Assembly: GCA_965242655.1 (NCBI GenBank)
Contig: OZ251482.1
Location: 4,137,480-4,201,479 of the forward strand
DNA: 64,000 nt
DNA from: Caldilineaceae bacterium
GTDB lineage: Bacteria > Chloroflexota > Anaerolineae > Caldilineales > Caldilineaceae
Reading direction: 5' to 3'
Part shown: positions 47,149 to 56,271 of the stretch, one piece after another
Position numbering within the stretch: position 1 is the first letter of the stretch
How the letters are laid out: every line of letters begins with the position of its first letter
The notes under the pieces: model-generated
Told to the model about the DNA's origin: nothing
Databases searched by the model: none
The model's input: only the letters and a program-made list of their open reading frames with translations
Program-made: the position numbers and the translations under genes

Positions 47149-47844
47149 TCAGGCTTCCTGCGGCAAAATCCTCGCCGCGGACATCGTTTCTCCATTGCGA
47201 GCGTTCCAAGGACCTGTCAACGCGCCCTCAATCCGGGCCGTACGCTCACCGATAGCCCGCAACTCCTCGTGTTGCGCTTCCAAACCCCGTTCCATCTTTT
47301 CCGTCACCGTTTGCAGGCTTTGCTCCAGCCGGGCTATATCCGCCTGCAAGCGTTGCTCCAGCTGAGTCATGTTCGCCTGCAAGCGTTGCTCCAGCTGAGC
47401 CATGTCCGCCTGCAGGCTTTGCTCCAGCTGAGCCATGTCCGCCTGCAGGCGTTGCTCCAGCTGAGCCATGTCCGCCTGCAGGCTTTGCTCCAGCTGAGCC
47501 ATGTCCGCCTGCAGGCTTTGCTCCAGCTGAGTCATGTTCGCCTGCAAGCGTTGCTCCAGCTGAGTCATGTTCGCCTGCAAGCGTTGCTCCAGCTGAGCCA
47601 TGTCCGCCTGCAGGCTTTGCTCCAGCCGAACCAAACTCTGCTCTAGCCGCGCCATGTCCGCCTGTCGATTTTGTTCCAGTTGGTCTATGCGGTTCTCCAC
47701 GCGGTTAATCAGCAGGAGAAGGCTATCCTGCAGAGCCTTGGTTCGGCTATGCACCAAGTACAGGGTAAGCGGTACAAGAACGCCCAGCAACGCCACGCCG
47801 ACGCCGATAATGCTCCACACAATAGTCCACGCTTCACGATCCAT
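47149..47844 (-). CDS. N-terminally TM-anchored hendecad-repeat coiled-coil protein, paralog A (about 11 repeat units)
   Basis: Start at ATG 47844 (MDREAWTIVWSIIGVGVALLGVLVPLTLYLVHSRTK). Repeats are QLEQ(S/R)LQA(D/N)M(A/T). The conserved C-terminus is RTARIEGALTGPWNARNGETM. Confidence 0.7.
   Translation of the reverse strand: MDREAWTIVWSIIGVGVALLGVLVPLTLYLVHSRTKALQDSLLLLINRVENRIDQLEQNRQADMARLEQSLVRLEQSLQADMAQLEQRLQANMTQLEQRLQANMTQLEQSLQADMAQLEQSLQADMAQLEQRLQADMAQLEQSLQADMAQLEQRLQANMTQLEQRLQADIARLEQSLQTVTEKMERGLEAQHEELRAIGERTARIEGALTGPWNARNGETMSAARILPQEA
47311..47675 (-). repeat. 33-nt in-frame tandem repeat array, about 11 units
   Basis: ctgcaagcgttgctccagctgag(t/c)catgt(t/c)cgc units are read consecutively. 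Confidence 0.9.
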
Positions 47845-47878
47845 GAGGAAACCTTTGTATCGCAATGCCCACGGCGCT

Positions 47879-47907
47879 ATTGTAATGTCATATTGTTGCG
47901 AAACCAA
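47879..47907 (-). promoter_or_regulatory. Candidate promoter of paralog A (TTGGTT, 17 nt, TACAAT)
   Basis: Motif match, identical in front of paralog B. Confidence 0.4.
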
Positions 47908-47972
47908 ACGCGGAATTTCCCGTTGCCTAATCCGCAGCGGCGCGGGTCAATAGATCCAGCCTTCTTCGTTCA

Positions 47973-48383
47973 TCAGGCTTCCTGCGGCGAAACCCGCGCT
48001 GCGGACATCGTTTCTCCGTTGCGCGCGTTCCAAGGGCCTGTCAACGCGCCCTCGATGCGGGCCGTACGCTCATCGATAGCCTGCAGTTCCTTGCGTTGCG
48101 CTTCCAAACCGCGTTCCGTCTTTTCCGTCGCCACTTGCAGGCTCTGCTCCAGCCGGGCTATGTCCGCCTGCAGGCTCTGCTCCAGCCGCGCCATGTCCGC
48201 CTGTCGATTTTGTTCCAGTTGGTCTATGCGGTTCTCCACGCGGTTAATCAGCAGGAGAAGGCTATCCTGCAGAGCCTTGGTTCGGCTATGCACCAAGTAC
48301 AGGGTAAGCGGTACAAGAACGCCCAGCAACGCCACGCCGACGCCGATAATGCTCCACACAATAGTCCACGCTTCACGATCCAT
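47973..48383 (-). CDS. TM-anchored hendecad coiled-coil protein, paralog B (3 units)
   Basis: Same N- and C-termini as paralog A; start at ATG 48383. Confidence 0.7.
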   Translation of the reverse strand: MDREAWTIVWSIIGVGVALLGVLVPLTLYLVHSRTKALQDSLLLLINRVENRIDQLEQNRQADMARLEQSLQADIARLEQSLQVATEKTERGLEAQRKELQAIDERTARIEGALTGPWNARNGETMSAARVSPQEA

Positions 48384-48417
48384 GAGGAAACCTTTGTATC
48401 GCAATGCCCACGGCGCT

Positions 48418-48446
48418 ATTGTAATGTCATATTGTTGCGAAACCAA
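48418..48446 (-). promoter_or_regulatory. Candidate promoter of paralog B (TTGGTT, 17 nt, TACAAT)
   Basis: Motif match. Confidence 0.4.
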
Positions 48447-48511
48447 ACGCGGAATTTCCCGTTGCCTAATCCGCAGCGGCGCGGGTCAATAGATCCAGCC
48501 TTCTTCGTTCA

Positions 48512-48955
48512 TCAGGCTTCCTGCGGCGAAACCCGCGCTGCGGACATCGTTTCTCCGTTGCGCGCGTTCCAAGGGCCTGTCAACGCGCCCTCGATGCGGG
48601 CCGTACGCTCACCGATAGCCTGCAGTTCCTTGCGTTGCGCTTCCAAACCGCGTTCCGTCTTTTCCGTCGCCACTTGCAGGCTCTGCTCCAGCCGGGCTAT
48701 GTCCGCCTGCAGGCTCTGCTCCAGCCGCGCCATGTCTGCCTGTCGATTTTGTTCCAGCTGAGCCATGTCCGCCTGTCGATTTTGTTCCAGTTGGTCTATG
48801 CGGTTCTCCACGCGGTTAATCAGCAGGAGCAGGCTATCCTGCAGAGCCTTGGTTCGGCTATGCACCAAGTACAGGGTAAGCGGTAGAAGGACGCCCAGCA
48901 ATGCCACGCCGACGCCGATAATGGTCCACACAATAGCCCACGCTTCACGATCCAT
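48512..48955 (-). CDS. TM-anchored hendecad coiled-coil protein, paralog C (4 units)
   Basis: Start at ATG 48955 (MDREAWAIVWTIIGVGVALLGVLLPLTLYLVHSRTK). Confidence 0.7.
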   Translation of the reverse strand: MDREAWAIVWTIIGVGVALLGVLLPLTLYLVHSRTKALQDSLLLLINRVENRIDQLEQNRQADMAQLEQNRQADMARLEQSLQADIARLEQSLQVATEKTERGLEAQRKELQAIGERTARIEGALTGPWNARNGETMSAARVSPQEA

Positions 48956-48995
48956 GAAGAAGCCTTTGCGCACGCGCCACAATGTCTACGGCACT

Positions 48996-49024
48996 ATTAT
49001 AACGCCATATTTTTGCGCAACCAA
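48996..49024 (-). promoter_or_regulatory. Candidate promoter of paralog C (TTGGTT, 17 nt, TATAAT)
   Basis: Motif match. Confidence 0.4.
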
Positions 49025-49549
49025 ACGCGGAAATTCCCGTTGCCCAATCCGTAGCGGCGCGGGGCGATGGGTTCAGATTCCTTGCGCAAGTCAAGGCCGC
49101 GTTGAAATTTTAATTTAGCCGGATCCAAGCCGCCGCCAGGTACAGGATATCCAATCAATCTCAACGCTGCCTGGGTTTTCCTGCGGCGATTGCGGGCGCT
49201 ATTCGCGCCGATCCATATCCAGCGATTTCATGCCTCCGCGGCCCGCGACTACCCTCCCCTCTCTTGCGCCTAGACCCGCCTATCCAAGGTTGTCCGCGTC
49301 TTGGCAGTGGCCTGCTGGATCAAAAATCAGCCAGTGCTGCAGCGGGGCGCCCCGCGCCCGGGCGCAGGTGCGTTGGGTTAGCAGCCTTTGAATAAAGACA
49401 GCTCTCTATCTTTAACTGGGGGCTCTTCGCTGCCCTGAATGGGGCTCCGTAGGTTTTGGGGACTGCTATGAAGTGCTCCGCAGGAGAATCCCCATTCTTC
49501 CGCGCGTATCTACGATAGGGATATGCGGACGCTGCGCCGCGAAGCGAGG

Positions 49550-49571
49550 ACAGCCCCCCGCAGGGGACTGT
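49550..49571 (-). terminator. GC-rich hairpin just downstream of the solute-binding protein gene (no U-tract)
   Basis: Minus strand ACAGTCCCC-TGC-GGGGGGCTGT. Confidence 0.3.
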
Positions 49572-49594
49572 TCTCGCGTTTATGGCGTTCGGTA

Positions 49595-50947
49595 TTACTG
49601 ATCCGCCAAAATCTCGTTGGCCTCGACCGTCAAATCGGCGAGCGAGGAAGCTACGTCCGCGCCGTCCGCGATGGCGGCCATCACTTCGCCGACCCTGTCC
49701 CGCACGAAGTCGTAACCGGGCATGGGCGGTTCGGATCGACCGTAGGGCAGCAAATCGAACGCGGTCCGGTACGCGGGGTTCTGCGCGAAGTATTCGCTCA
49801 TGTTTTCCGCCACGCTTTGCCGAACGGGAAAATAATTGCTGACCTGCGCCCAGGTAGCCTGCACTGCGGGCGAAGTGTAGTATTTGATGAAGAGCCAGGC
49901 GGCCAGTTCCTTTTCCGGGGTGGACTCGCCGATGCTCACGCTGGCGCCGTAGACGTTCACCACGGGATCTTCCGTCCGGCGCGGCAGCGGCGCTATGCTC
50001 CAGGCGAAGGCCGCGCCCTCGTCCGCCGCCCGCGTGTAGTAGGGCAGACCGGAACTGGAACTGATATTGAACAGGGTCGTGCCGTTGCCGAAGTCCGTCT
50101 GATCCCCGTACCGCTCTGCCGGGATGGCCGCGCACCCTTCGGCGAACAATGCCTGCACCAGGGTCATGGCCTCTACCGTGGCGTCCCCGTCGTAGACGTA
50201 GGCGACCTTGTCGTAGTCGAAAATGTCGCCGCCGAAGGCGAAGGTCAAACTGGCGAGGGTGGAGGGGTCAATGGCGAGCTGGTACCCCAAGGGCGAGGAA
50301 TCCCCCACGGCCCCGCTGAAGGGCTGGGCCGCCGCCGCGCACGCCATTGCCTGGAACTCTTCGGGCGTGCCGGGAGGTCCGTCGTAGCCGAGCTCCGTCA
50401 GCCAGTCCATGTTGTAGTAGAGCACCTCTATGGAGCGGTTGGGCGGGAAGCCCAGCCGCGCATTATCGAAGGAAGGGAACAGATCCGCGTTGTAGAAACC
50501 GGGGAAGAAATCGGCCTTTTCCGCGTCCGTCAGGCCCCATTGGGGGCTGTCCACCAAGGCCCGCATGTCTACCAGGCCTGCGCCCAACTGGTAGGTAGCG
50601 GCTTGATTCTGGTAGGCCACGACCAGATTGGGCACGTCTTCCGTGCCGATTACGTTGATCATCTTGTTGAAGATGTCCCCGTATCCGCCCTGATATTCGC
50701 CGTTGACCGTGATGCCCCATTCGTTGGCGGCGTTGAAGTCGGCGATGATGGCCTGCAGGGCTTCTTCCCGGCTGCCGGAATGCTGATACCAGAAGGAAAT
50801 CTCCTGACCGGAAGGATCCACGCCCTCCCAGCCCTCCATGGACGCGGCCGATTCCGCCGGCGTTGCGGGCGGGGCCACGGCGCAGGCCGCCGACAAGACG
50901 ACGGCGCTCAAAGCCAAGGCAATGATCTTCAAAACTCTCGGTGTCAT
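49595..50947 (-). CDS. ABC transporter extracellular solute-binding lipoprotein (family 1, sugar-type)
   Basis: 450 aa; lipobox VLSAAC; typical CUT1 SBP composition. Confidence 0.85.
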   Translation of the reverse strand: MTPRVLKIIALALSAVVLSAACAVAPPATPAESAASMEGWEGVDPSGQEISFWYQHSGSREEALQAIIADFNAANEWGITVNGEYQGGYGDIFNKMINVIGTEDVPNLVVAYQNQAATYQLGAGLVDMRALVDSPQWGLTDAEKADFFPGFYNADLFPSFDNARLGFPPNRSIEVLYYNMDWLTELGYDGPPGTPEEFQAMACAAAAQPFSGAVGDSSPLGYQLAIDPSTLASLTFAFGGDIFDYDKVAYVYDGDATVEAMTLVQALFAEGCAAIPAERYGDQTDFGNGTTLFNISSSSGLPYYTRAADEGAAFAWSIAPLPRRTEDPVVNVYGASVSIGESTPEKELAAWLFIKYYTSPAVQATWAQVSNYFPVRQSVAENMSEYFAQNPAYRTAFDLLPYGRSEPPMPGYDFVRDRVGEVMAAIADGADVASSLADLTVEANEILADQ

Positions 50948-51029
50948 CGGTTGGGTACTCCTTGTGAATCGATGGAACGCGAATAGAGACGCCTGTAAGC
51001 CATAATGAACCCGCGCTGCCAGTGCAGCC

Positions 51030-51941
51030 TCAACCCTTCAGCCCCGTCAGCGCGATGCCTTCGGTGTATTGCCGCTGGGTCAGGAAATAAATCGCCAGGA
51101 TGGGCCAGATGGTAATGACGGAACCCGCCATGAGCAGATGGGTTTCCGGGCCCGCTTCCCGGGAATACCGCCATAATTCCACCATAAGCGGGCGCCACCG
51201 GTCGGTCGTGGTGACCAACAGGGGCCAAAGGAAATCGTTCCAGGCGTTGATGAAGGCGAAAATGGCGACCGTGAACAAGGCCGGCTTGCTCATGGGCAGG
51301 ACCACCCGCGCCAGGAACGTGTTGTGGCCGGCGCCGTCGCTGCGCGCCGCGTCCCAGAGTTCGAAGGGAATCTGGGCGAAGAACTGGCGCAAGAGAAAAA
51401 TGCCGAACACGCTCGCCAGATAGGGGGAAACGATGCCCTGCAGCGAGTTGAGCCAGGAACCGCCCGGCAGGGGCAGGAAGGGCACGCGATTGGAAATCAC
51501 CAGGAAATTCGGGATCATGGTCACCATGCCGTGAATCATCAGCGTGCTGAGCATGATGCCGAAAATCAGGTGGCGGCCCTTGAACGCGATGCGTCCGAAA
51601 GCGTAACCCGCCAGCACGGACGTGAACAGCTGCCCCCCCAACGTGGTCGCGGTGATGAGGACGCTGTTGAGGAAATGGCGGGCGAAATGGGCCTCCTGCC
51701 AGACCCGGGCGTAATTCGCGAACTGGGGTGCGTCCGGGAACCAGCGGCGCGTCGCGGTCTCGCCGTACGTCATGAGGGACGCGGACAGCATCCACGCGAA
51801 AGGCAGCAGCGAGACGCACGCGCCGCCCAGCAACAGGACGTACAAAAGGCCGCGGGCGCTCCGGAACTGCCACGCCCAGCGCCGGCGGACGGCGCGCGGA
51901 CGCGCACCGGCCAGCGGCAGGGACAGGGCGCCTTTAGCCAT
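51030..51941 (-). CDS. Carbohydrate ABC transporter permease
   Basis: DAARSDGAGHNTFLARVVLPM EAA motif; 6 predicted TM segments. Confidence 0.85.
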   Translation of the reverse strand: MAKGALSLPLAGARPRAVRRRWAWQFRSARGLLYVLLLGGACVSLLPFAWMLSASLMTYGETATRRWFPDAPQFANYARVWQEAHFARHFLNSVLITATTLGGQLFTSVLAGYAFGRIAFKGRHLIFGIMLSTLMIHGMVTMIPNFLVISNRVPFLPLPGGSWLNSLQGIVSPYLASVFGIFLLRQFFAQIPFELWDAARSDGAGHNTFLARVVLPMSKPALFTVAIFAFINAWNDFLWPLLVTTTDRWRPLMVELWRYSREAGPETHLLMAGSVITIWPILAIYFLTQRQYTEGIALTGLKG

Positions 51942-53148
51942 AGAAGACCCTCTCGCCCATGATCTTGGATTGCGCGAAGGTCAGATACAGAATGATGCCG
52001 AGCAGCAGAATCGCCTGGGCCGACGCGTAGCCGAACTGGTTGCCTTTGTAAAACGTGTTGAACACGTTCACGCTGGTCGTGGTGACCGTGCCTTGCGCCG
52101 AGGGCTCCAGCATGACGTAAATGTGATTGAAGGCCTTGAACGTGCCGATGAAGCCGATGATGGACAGGTAGAACGTAATCGGCGACAGCAACGGCACGGT
52201 GATGTGCCGCAACTGGTGCCAGCGGGTAGCCCCGTCAATTTCCGCCGCCTCGTAAAAGACGGCGTCGATGTTGCCCAGGCCGGCCAGGAAAATCACGGTG
52301 TTGTAGCCCACGTACGTCCAGATGCCGAACAGGATGATGGAGACCAGGGCGAGACTCGGACCGGCCCAGAAGCCGTCGAACTGGGCGCCGAACAGGATAT
52401 TGAGCGCGCGTTCGGGTTCGAAGAGCCACTTTTGGGGCTCCCAGTTGAACGCGGTCATGACGCGGTTGACGATGGAAATCTCCCGCGGACTGAACAGGTT
52501 GCGGAAGACCAGCGCGGTCGCGATGACCGGGGTGATGTAGGGCAGAAAGAAAATCACCCGAAAGACTTCCTGGCCGCGTATCTTCTGGAAGAGCGCGTAG
52601 GCCAGTCCCAGGGCAATCGCCAGCTGCAGGGGAATGGAGCCGAAAGCGAAATAGAAGGTGACCGGCAGCGAGTTGAGAAACCGCTGATCCCCCGACGCCT
52701 GCATGAGCCGCCAGCCTTGGGCGATCAGATACAGGCAGAGGATCACCAAAAGGCCGCTGCCGAGGCGGGCCGCCCGATAGCGGGCCTGGCGGGGCTGTCC
52801 CAACCGGGACCACGCGTAATAGGCCGCCAGCAAGCCCGCGAAGCCCGCGGCGAACTGCAACGCGCCTTGGGGGGAACCGAGAGCGTCCGCGTAATTCTCC
52901 AGGCCCACGAAGCCCCGATCGGTCACGCGCCAGCGGCGCAGGCTCATGTAAAAGGCGTACCCGACGGGGAAGAGGCCGAAGCAGAAGATGAGGAGGCTGG
53001 CGGGGAAAACGTAGGCGTACCCGGTAACGTGATCCCGTATCCTGGACCATCGTACGGCGGCCCACAGGCCTGACCGCGCCGCGGCTTCCGTCGTTACCGC
53101 TGTCACGTACCGGCACTCTCCGTCGTTGCCTGGCCGATGCCAAGACAA
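51934..53148 (-). CDS. Carbohydrate ABC transporter permease (start uncertain)
   Basis: YVFPASLLIFCFGLFPVGYAFYMSL, EAAEIDGATRWHQLRHITVPLL. Confidence 0.8.
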   Translation of the reverse strand: MSWHRPGNDGECRYVTAVTTEAAARSGLWAAVRWSRIRDHVTGYAYVFPASLLIFCFGLFPVGYAFYMSLRRWRVTDRGFVGLENYADALGSPQGALQFAAGFAGLLAAYYAWSRLGQPRQARYRAARLGSGLLVILCLYLIAQGWRLMQASGDQRFLNSLPVTFYFAFGSIPLQLAIALGLAYALFQKIRGQEVFRVIFFLPYITPVIATALVFRNLFSPREISIVNRVMTAFNWEPQKWLFEPERALNILFGAQFDGFWAGPSLALVSIILFGIWTYVGYNTVIFLAGLGNIDAVFYEAAEIDGATRWHQLRHITVPLLSPITFYLSIIGFIGTFKAFNHIYVMLEPSAQGTVTTTSVNVFNTFYKGNQFGYASAQAILLLGIILYLTFAQSKIMGERVFYG

Positions 53149-53243
53149 GGCGTCTTGCGCAGGGCTGTCCGAGCGGAGTAAGTATACAATACGGATAACC
53201 TTGGCCTTAGGCGCGATGTCAAGCCGAAAGTTAGGATTCCCTT

Positions 53244-53720
53244 ATGGAAGCCAATCGCCTGGCGCAACCCTCATCCCTCTACTTTGAAGATTTCGAAATC
53301 GGCGATGCCGTGGAAAGTTGGGGACGCACCCTCACGGAAACCGACGTCGTCAACTTCGCGGCCTTGTCCGGCGACTGGAATCTGATTCACACCGACGCGG
53401 AGTTCGCCCGGAGCCAGTTTTACGGCCAGCGCGTCGCGCATGGCTTGCTGGTGCTGAGCGTGAGCTCGGGCCAGATGGTGCGCCTGGGCTTCCTGGACGC
53501 AACGGTCGTGGCGTTCCTGGGCCTGGAGTGGCAGTTTCGCCGCCCCGTGTTCATCAACGACACCGTGCGGACGCGCTTGCAGGTCCAGTCCAAAAAGGTC
53601 ATGAAGCGCCTGTCCGGCGGCGTCGTCCAGTTCAAGGTCGAGATCCTGAATCAAAAGGACGAAGTCTGCCAGCGCGGCCACTGGGATCTGGTGTGCAAAG
53701 CCAGGGAAGCCCCGGCGTAA
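53244..53720 (+). CDS. MaoC-like (R)-specific dehydratase (hot-dog fold)
   Basis: FAALSGDWNLIHTDAEFA...GQRVAHGLL. Confidence 0.85.
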   Translation: MEANRLAQPSSLYFEDFEIGDAVESWGRTLTETDVVNFAALSGDWNLIHTDAEFARSQFYGQRVAHGLLVLSVSSGQMVRLGFLDATVVAFLGLEWQFRRPVFINDTVRTRLQVQSKKVMKRLSGGVVQFKVEILNQKDEVCQRGHWDLVCKAREAPA

Positions 53721-53750
53721 GGGGCCGGCCCTGCGGAGCGCCGGACAGGG

Positions 53751-54554
53751 CTATCCGTACACGTCAGGGCGCCGGTCGGCCAGGACGGGGATGCGCCGGC
53801 GCACCTCCGCGACCTGATCCAAATCCAGCGTAGCCGTAAACGCGCCCTCGGCCGCGCCCGCGTCCAGCACGGTCTCGCCCCACGGATCAATAACGGCGCT
53901 GTGCCCGCAGAAAGACACGCCCGCGCTGGCGCCGACGCGGTTGCACGCGACGACGAAACACTGGTTTTCGATGGCGCGGCTGCGCAACAGCGTACGCCAG
54001 TGCCGGCTCCGGGGATGCGGCCATTCCGCCGCCAGGAGCATGAGCGGGCACCCCGCCAAGGCGTATTGGCGAAACAGTTCGGGGAAGCGCAGATCGTAGC
54101 AGACGGCGAGGCCGGCTTCATGGCCGCGCAGAGGCGCCGTCTGCATGGCGGAACCGGCGGCCAGGAAACGGGGTTCGTCCAGCATGGGCACCAGGTGCAG
54201 CTTGCGGTAGCGGGCCTGCAAGCGGCCTTGCGCGTCATACAGGACCATGGTGTTGTAAATGCGCTCGCCGTCCATCTCCAGCAAGGAGCCGGCCACGGCC
54301 AGGCCGAATTGCCGGGCCAACGACGCGAACCGGCCGAACCAGCCGGGATCCTCGTCGGAAACCGCGACCGGGGCCGCGAAACGGGCGGCCGTCTCCAGCG
54401 CGTAGGCCGAAGGCCACAGTTCCGGGAACAGCGCGAGGTCCGCGCCGTGCGCGGCGGCTTGCCGCATGTACTCCGTCGCCGCGCGGAAATTCGCCTCGGG
54501 ATCGCCCAGCTGGCAATCCATCTGCACCAGGGAAACGGTCAAAGAGTCTGTCAT
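53751..54554 (-). CDS. Carbon-nitrogen hydrolase (nitrilase-superfamily) protein
   Basis: Start at ATG 54554 (MTDSLTVSLVQMD); FPELW (Glu), YRKLHLVP (Lys), AVCYDLRFPE (Cys). Confidence 0.85.
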   Translation of the reverse strand: MTDSLTVSLVQMDCQLGDPEANFRAATEYMRQAAAHGADLALFPELWPSAYALETAARFAAPVAVSDEDPGWFGRFASLARQFGLAVAGSLLEMDGERIYNTMVLYDAQGRLQARYRKLHLVPMLDEPRFLAAGSAMQTAPLRGHEAGLAVCYDLRFPELFRQYALAGCPLMLLAAEWPHPRSRHWRTLLRSRAIENQCFVVACNRVGASAGVSFCGHSAVIDPWGETVLDAGAAEGAFTATLDLDQVAEVRRRIPVLADRRPDVYG

Positions 54555-54570
54555 GGCGGCGCGCGTTCCT

Positions 54571-55416
54571 TCAGCGTTGCAGTTCATGGAGGACGATAGC
54601 CGTCGAGCCCGGTACGGGCCCGTCCGTTTCCAACAGCACGTCCGCGGTGCTGCGGTAGCCGGTCGCGTGCGCATCCTCCCCGCTGGTTGCCACCGCGGAC
54701 GCCGGCGGGGAAAACTGGTACATTTGCGGGAAGAGATAGGCGCTGACGACGACCAGAATGCCGGTTCCGACCAGAATGGCCGGCCACCAGTCCGTCCAGC
54801 TGTCCAGCCGCCATTGCGCCAGCACCGCGGCGTCCATGGACGTCATGAAGGCGAAGAAACCGTACAGCGCCATGACGAAGCCCGGTATGGGCGCCCACCA
54901 GAAACGGCTTTTGTCGCCTTGCAGGAACAGGAGCAGGAACACCAGGCCCAGGCCGCCGAACGCAATGGCGCCCAGGGCGTCGATGGAATTGAAGGGCGCT
55001 TTTTGGCTCAAGAACGTAATCGCGCCCAGCACGGCCATCAAACCGGCCATGATCAACCCCCACCAGCGTTCCTGGGTATCGATCACGTAGGCCAGCAGAA
55101 AGCTCAAGGCCATGCCCCACAGCAAGACGGCCGCGCTGAGACGGGGGTCGAAATCCGGCAACGTGGTCATGTACAGCATGGCGGCCAGGGACAGACAGGT
55201 GAAGGAGGGAATCAACTGCCACCAGTTGGTTCTCTGCATGAAGAAGAACCACGCGAAGGCGAGGCCGCCGACCAGGAGCAGAAAGGACAGAAAGTACTGC
55301 AGGCGCGGCGAAAGGAATTCCAGCAGGGCGAGATTGATGAGAATCAGCAGGACGCCCCCGACGACGAGGGAACCTGACAGCACCAAGACGGCCAAACGCG
55401 AATGTTTCTGCAACAT
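54571..55416 (-). CDS. Polytopic membrane protein of unknown function
   Basis: 281 aa, about 8 hydrophobic segments; I recognise no family. Confidence 0.6.
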   Translation of the reverse strand: MLQKHSRLAVLVLSGSLVVGGVLLILINLALLEFLSPRLQYFLSFLLLVGGLAFAWFFFMQRTNWWQLIPSFTCLSLAAMLYMTTLPDFDPRLSAAVLLWGMALSFLLAYVIDTQERWWGLIMAGLMAVLGAITFLSQKAPFNSIDALGAIAFGGLGLVFLLLFLQGDKSRFWWAPIPGFVMALYGFFAFMTSMDAAVLAQWRLDSWTDWWPAILVGTGILVVVSAYLFPQMYQFSPPASAVATSGEDAHATGYRSTADVLLETDGPVPGSTAIVLHELQR

Positions 55417-55620
55417 GCTCCGCTCGTGCGTTCCGGCGTCCGCCCGCGTTTCCGGCCTGCGGCCGACGCCTTTTCCTGTCCGCGACGCCTTTCATTATAG
55501 GATAGGACGCAAGGGCGGCAAGCGGTTTCCGCACGGTTTGGCGCGCGCGGCCCCAAACGGCCCCGCGTCGGCGTTAGCCGCCGCCCGTTCGGCTTGCGGT
55601 TTTCGCCGCGCGCAGGTTCC

Positions 55621-56250
55621 ATGAGGATACCCACGACGATACTGGCCGCCGCTGCGCCCGAGCTCCGGAGCCGGGTGCAAGCCGCCGCCGCCGCGCATCA
55701 GCCTTTCGCGTTGCCCACCGACACCGTATACGGCCTCAGCTGTCCTTTTGACGACCGCTTGGCCATTGAAGCCTTGTATCGCGTCAAAGGGCGCAGCAAG
55801 GACAAGGCCATCCCGGTTCTGTTGGGGACGAAGGCGCAATTGGCGCTGGTTGTCCCGCCTTGGCCTTCGGCGCTGGTCAAACGCCTGGCGGATCATTTTT
55901 GGCCCGGTCCCCTGACCATCGTGATGGAGGCGCGTCCCGGGTTGCCGTCCGCGTTGCTGGGCGGGGGCGACACGGTCGCGGTGCGCGTGGTCGATCATCC
56001 GGTCTTCCAGGCCGTCACGGCCTTCACCGGACCGCTGGCCACCACCAGCGCCAATCTGTCCGGGCGTCCCGACTGCAGCGACGCGCAGGCGGTGCAGGCG
56101 CAACTGGAAGGCCGGATTCCCTTGATCGTGGACGGGGGCCGTTCGCCGCAATCCCAGCCCAGCACGATTGTGCAAGCGCACGGCGAGCGGCTTAGGATCC
56201 TGCGCGCAGGATCGTTGTCCGAGGCCGTGCAAAACCTGCTGCGCGCGTAA
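55621..56250 (+). CDS. tsaC: L-threonylcarbamoyladenylate synthase (TsaC/YwlC/Sua5 family)
   Basis: LPTDTVYGLSC, RVKGRSKDKAIPVLL, TTSANLSG. Confidence 0.85.
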   Translation: MRIPTTILAAAAPELRSRVQAAAAAHQPFALPTDTVYGLSCPFDDRLAIEALYRVKGRSKDKAIPVLLGTKAQLALVVPPWPSALVKRLADHFWPGPLTIVMEARPGLPSALLGGGDTVAVRVVDHPVFQAVTAFTGPLATTSANLSGRPDCSDAQAVQAQLEGRIPLIVDGGRSPQSQPSTIVQAHGERLRILRAGSLSEAVQNLLRA

Positions 56251-56271
56251 TCCCTGCCCCGGCCTTGGCCT

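Noticed and set aside
47311-47675. Regular 33-nt repeat array considered as a possible CRISPR or other non-coding array
   Set aside because: The units are contiguous with no spacers. They lie in-frame within a coherent ORF that has conserved N- and C-terminal domains. No cas genes or leader are present. The same holds for 2241..2530 and 59177..59470.
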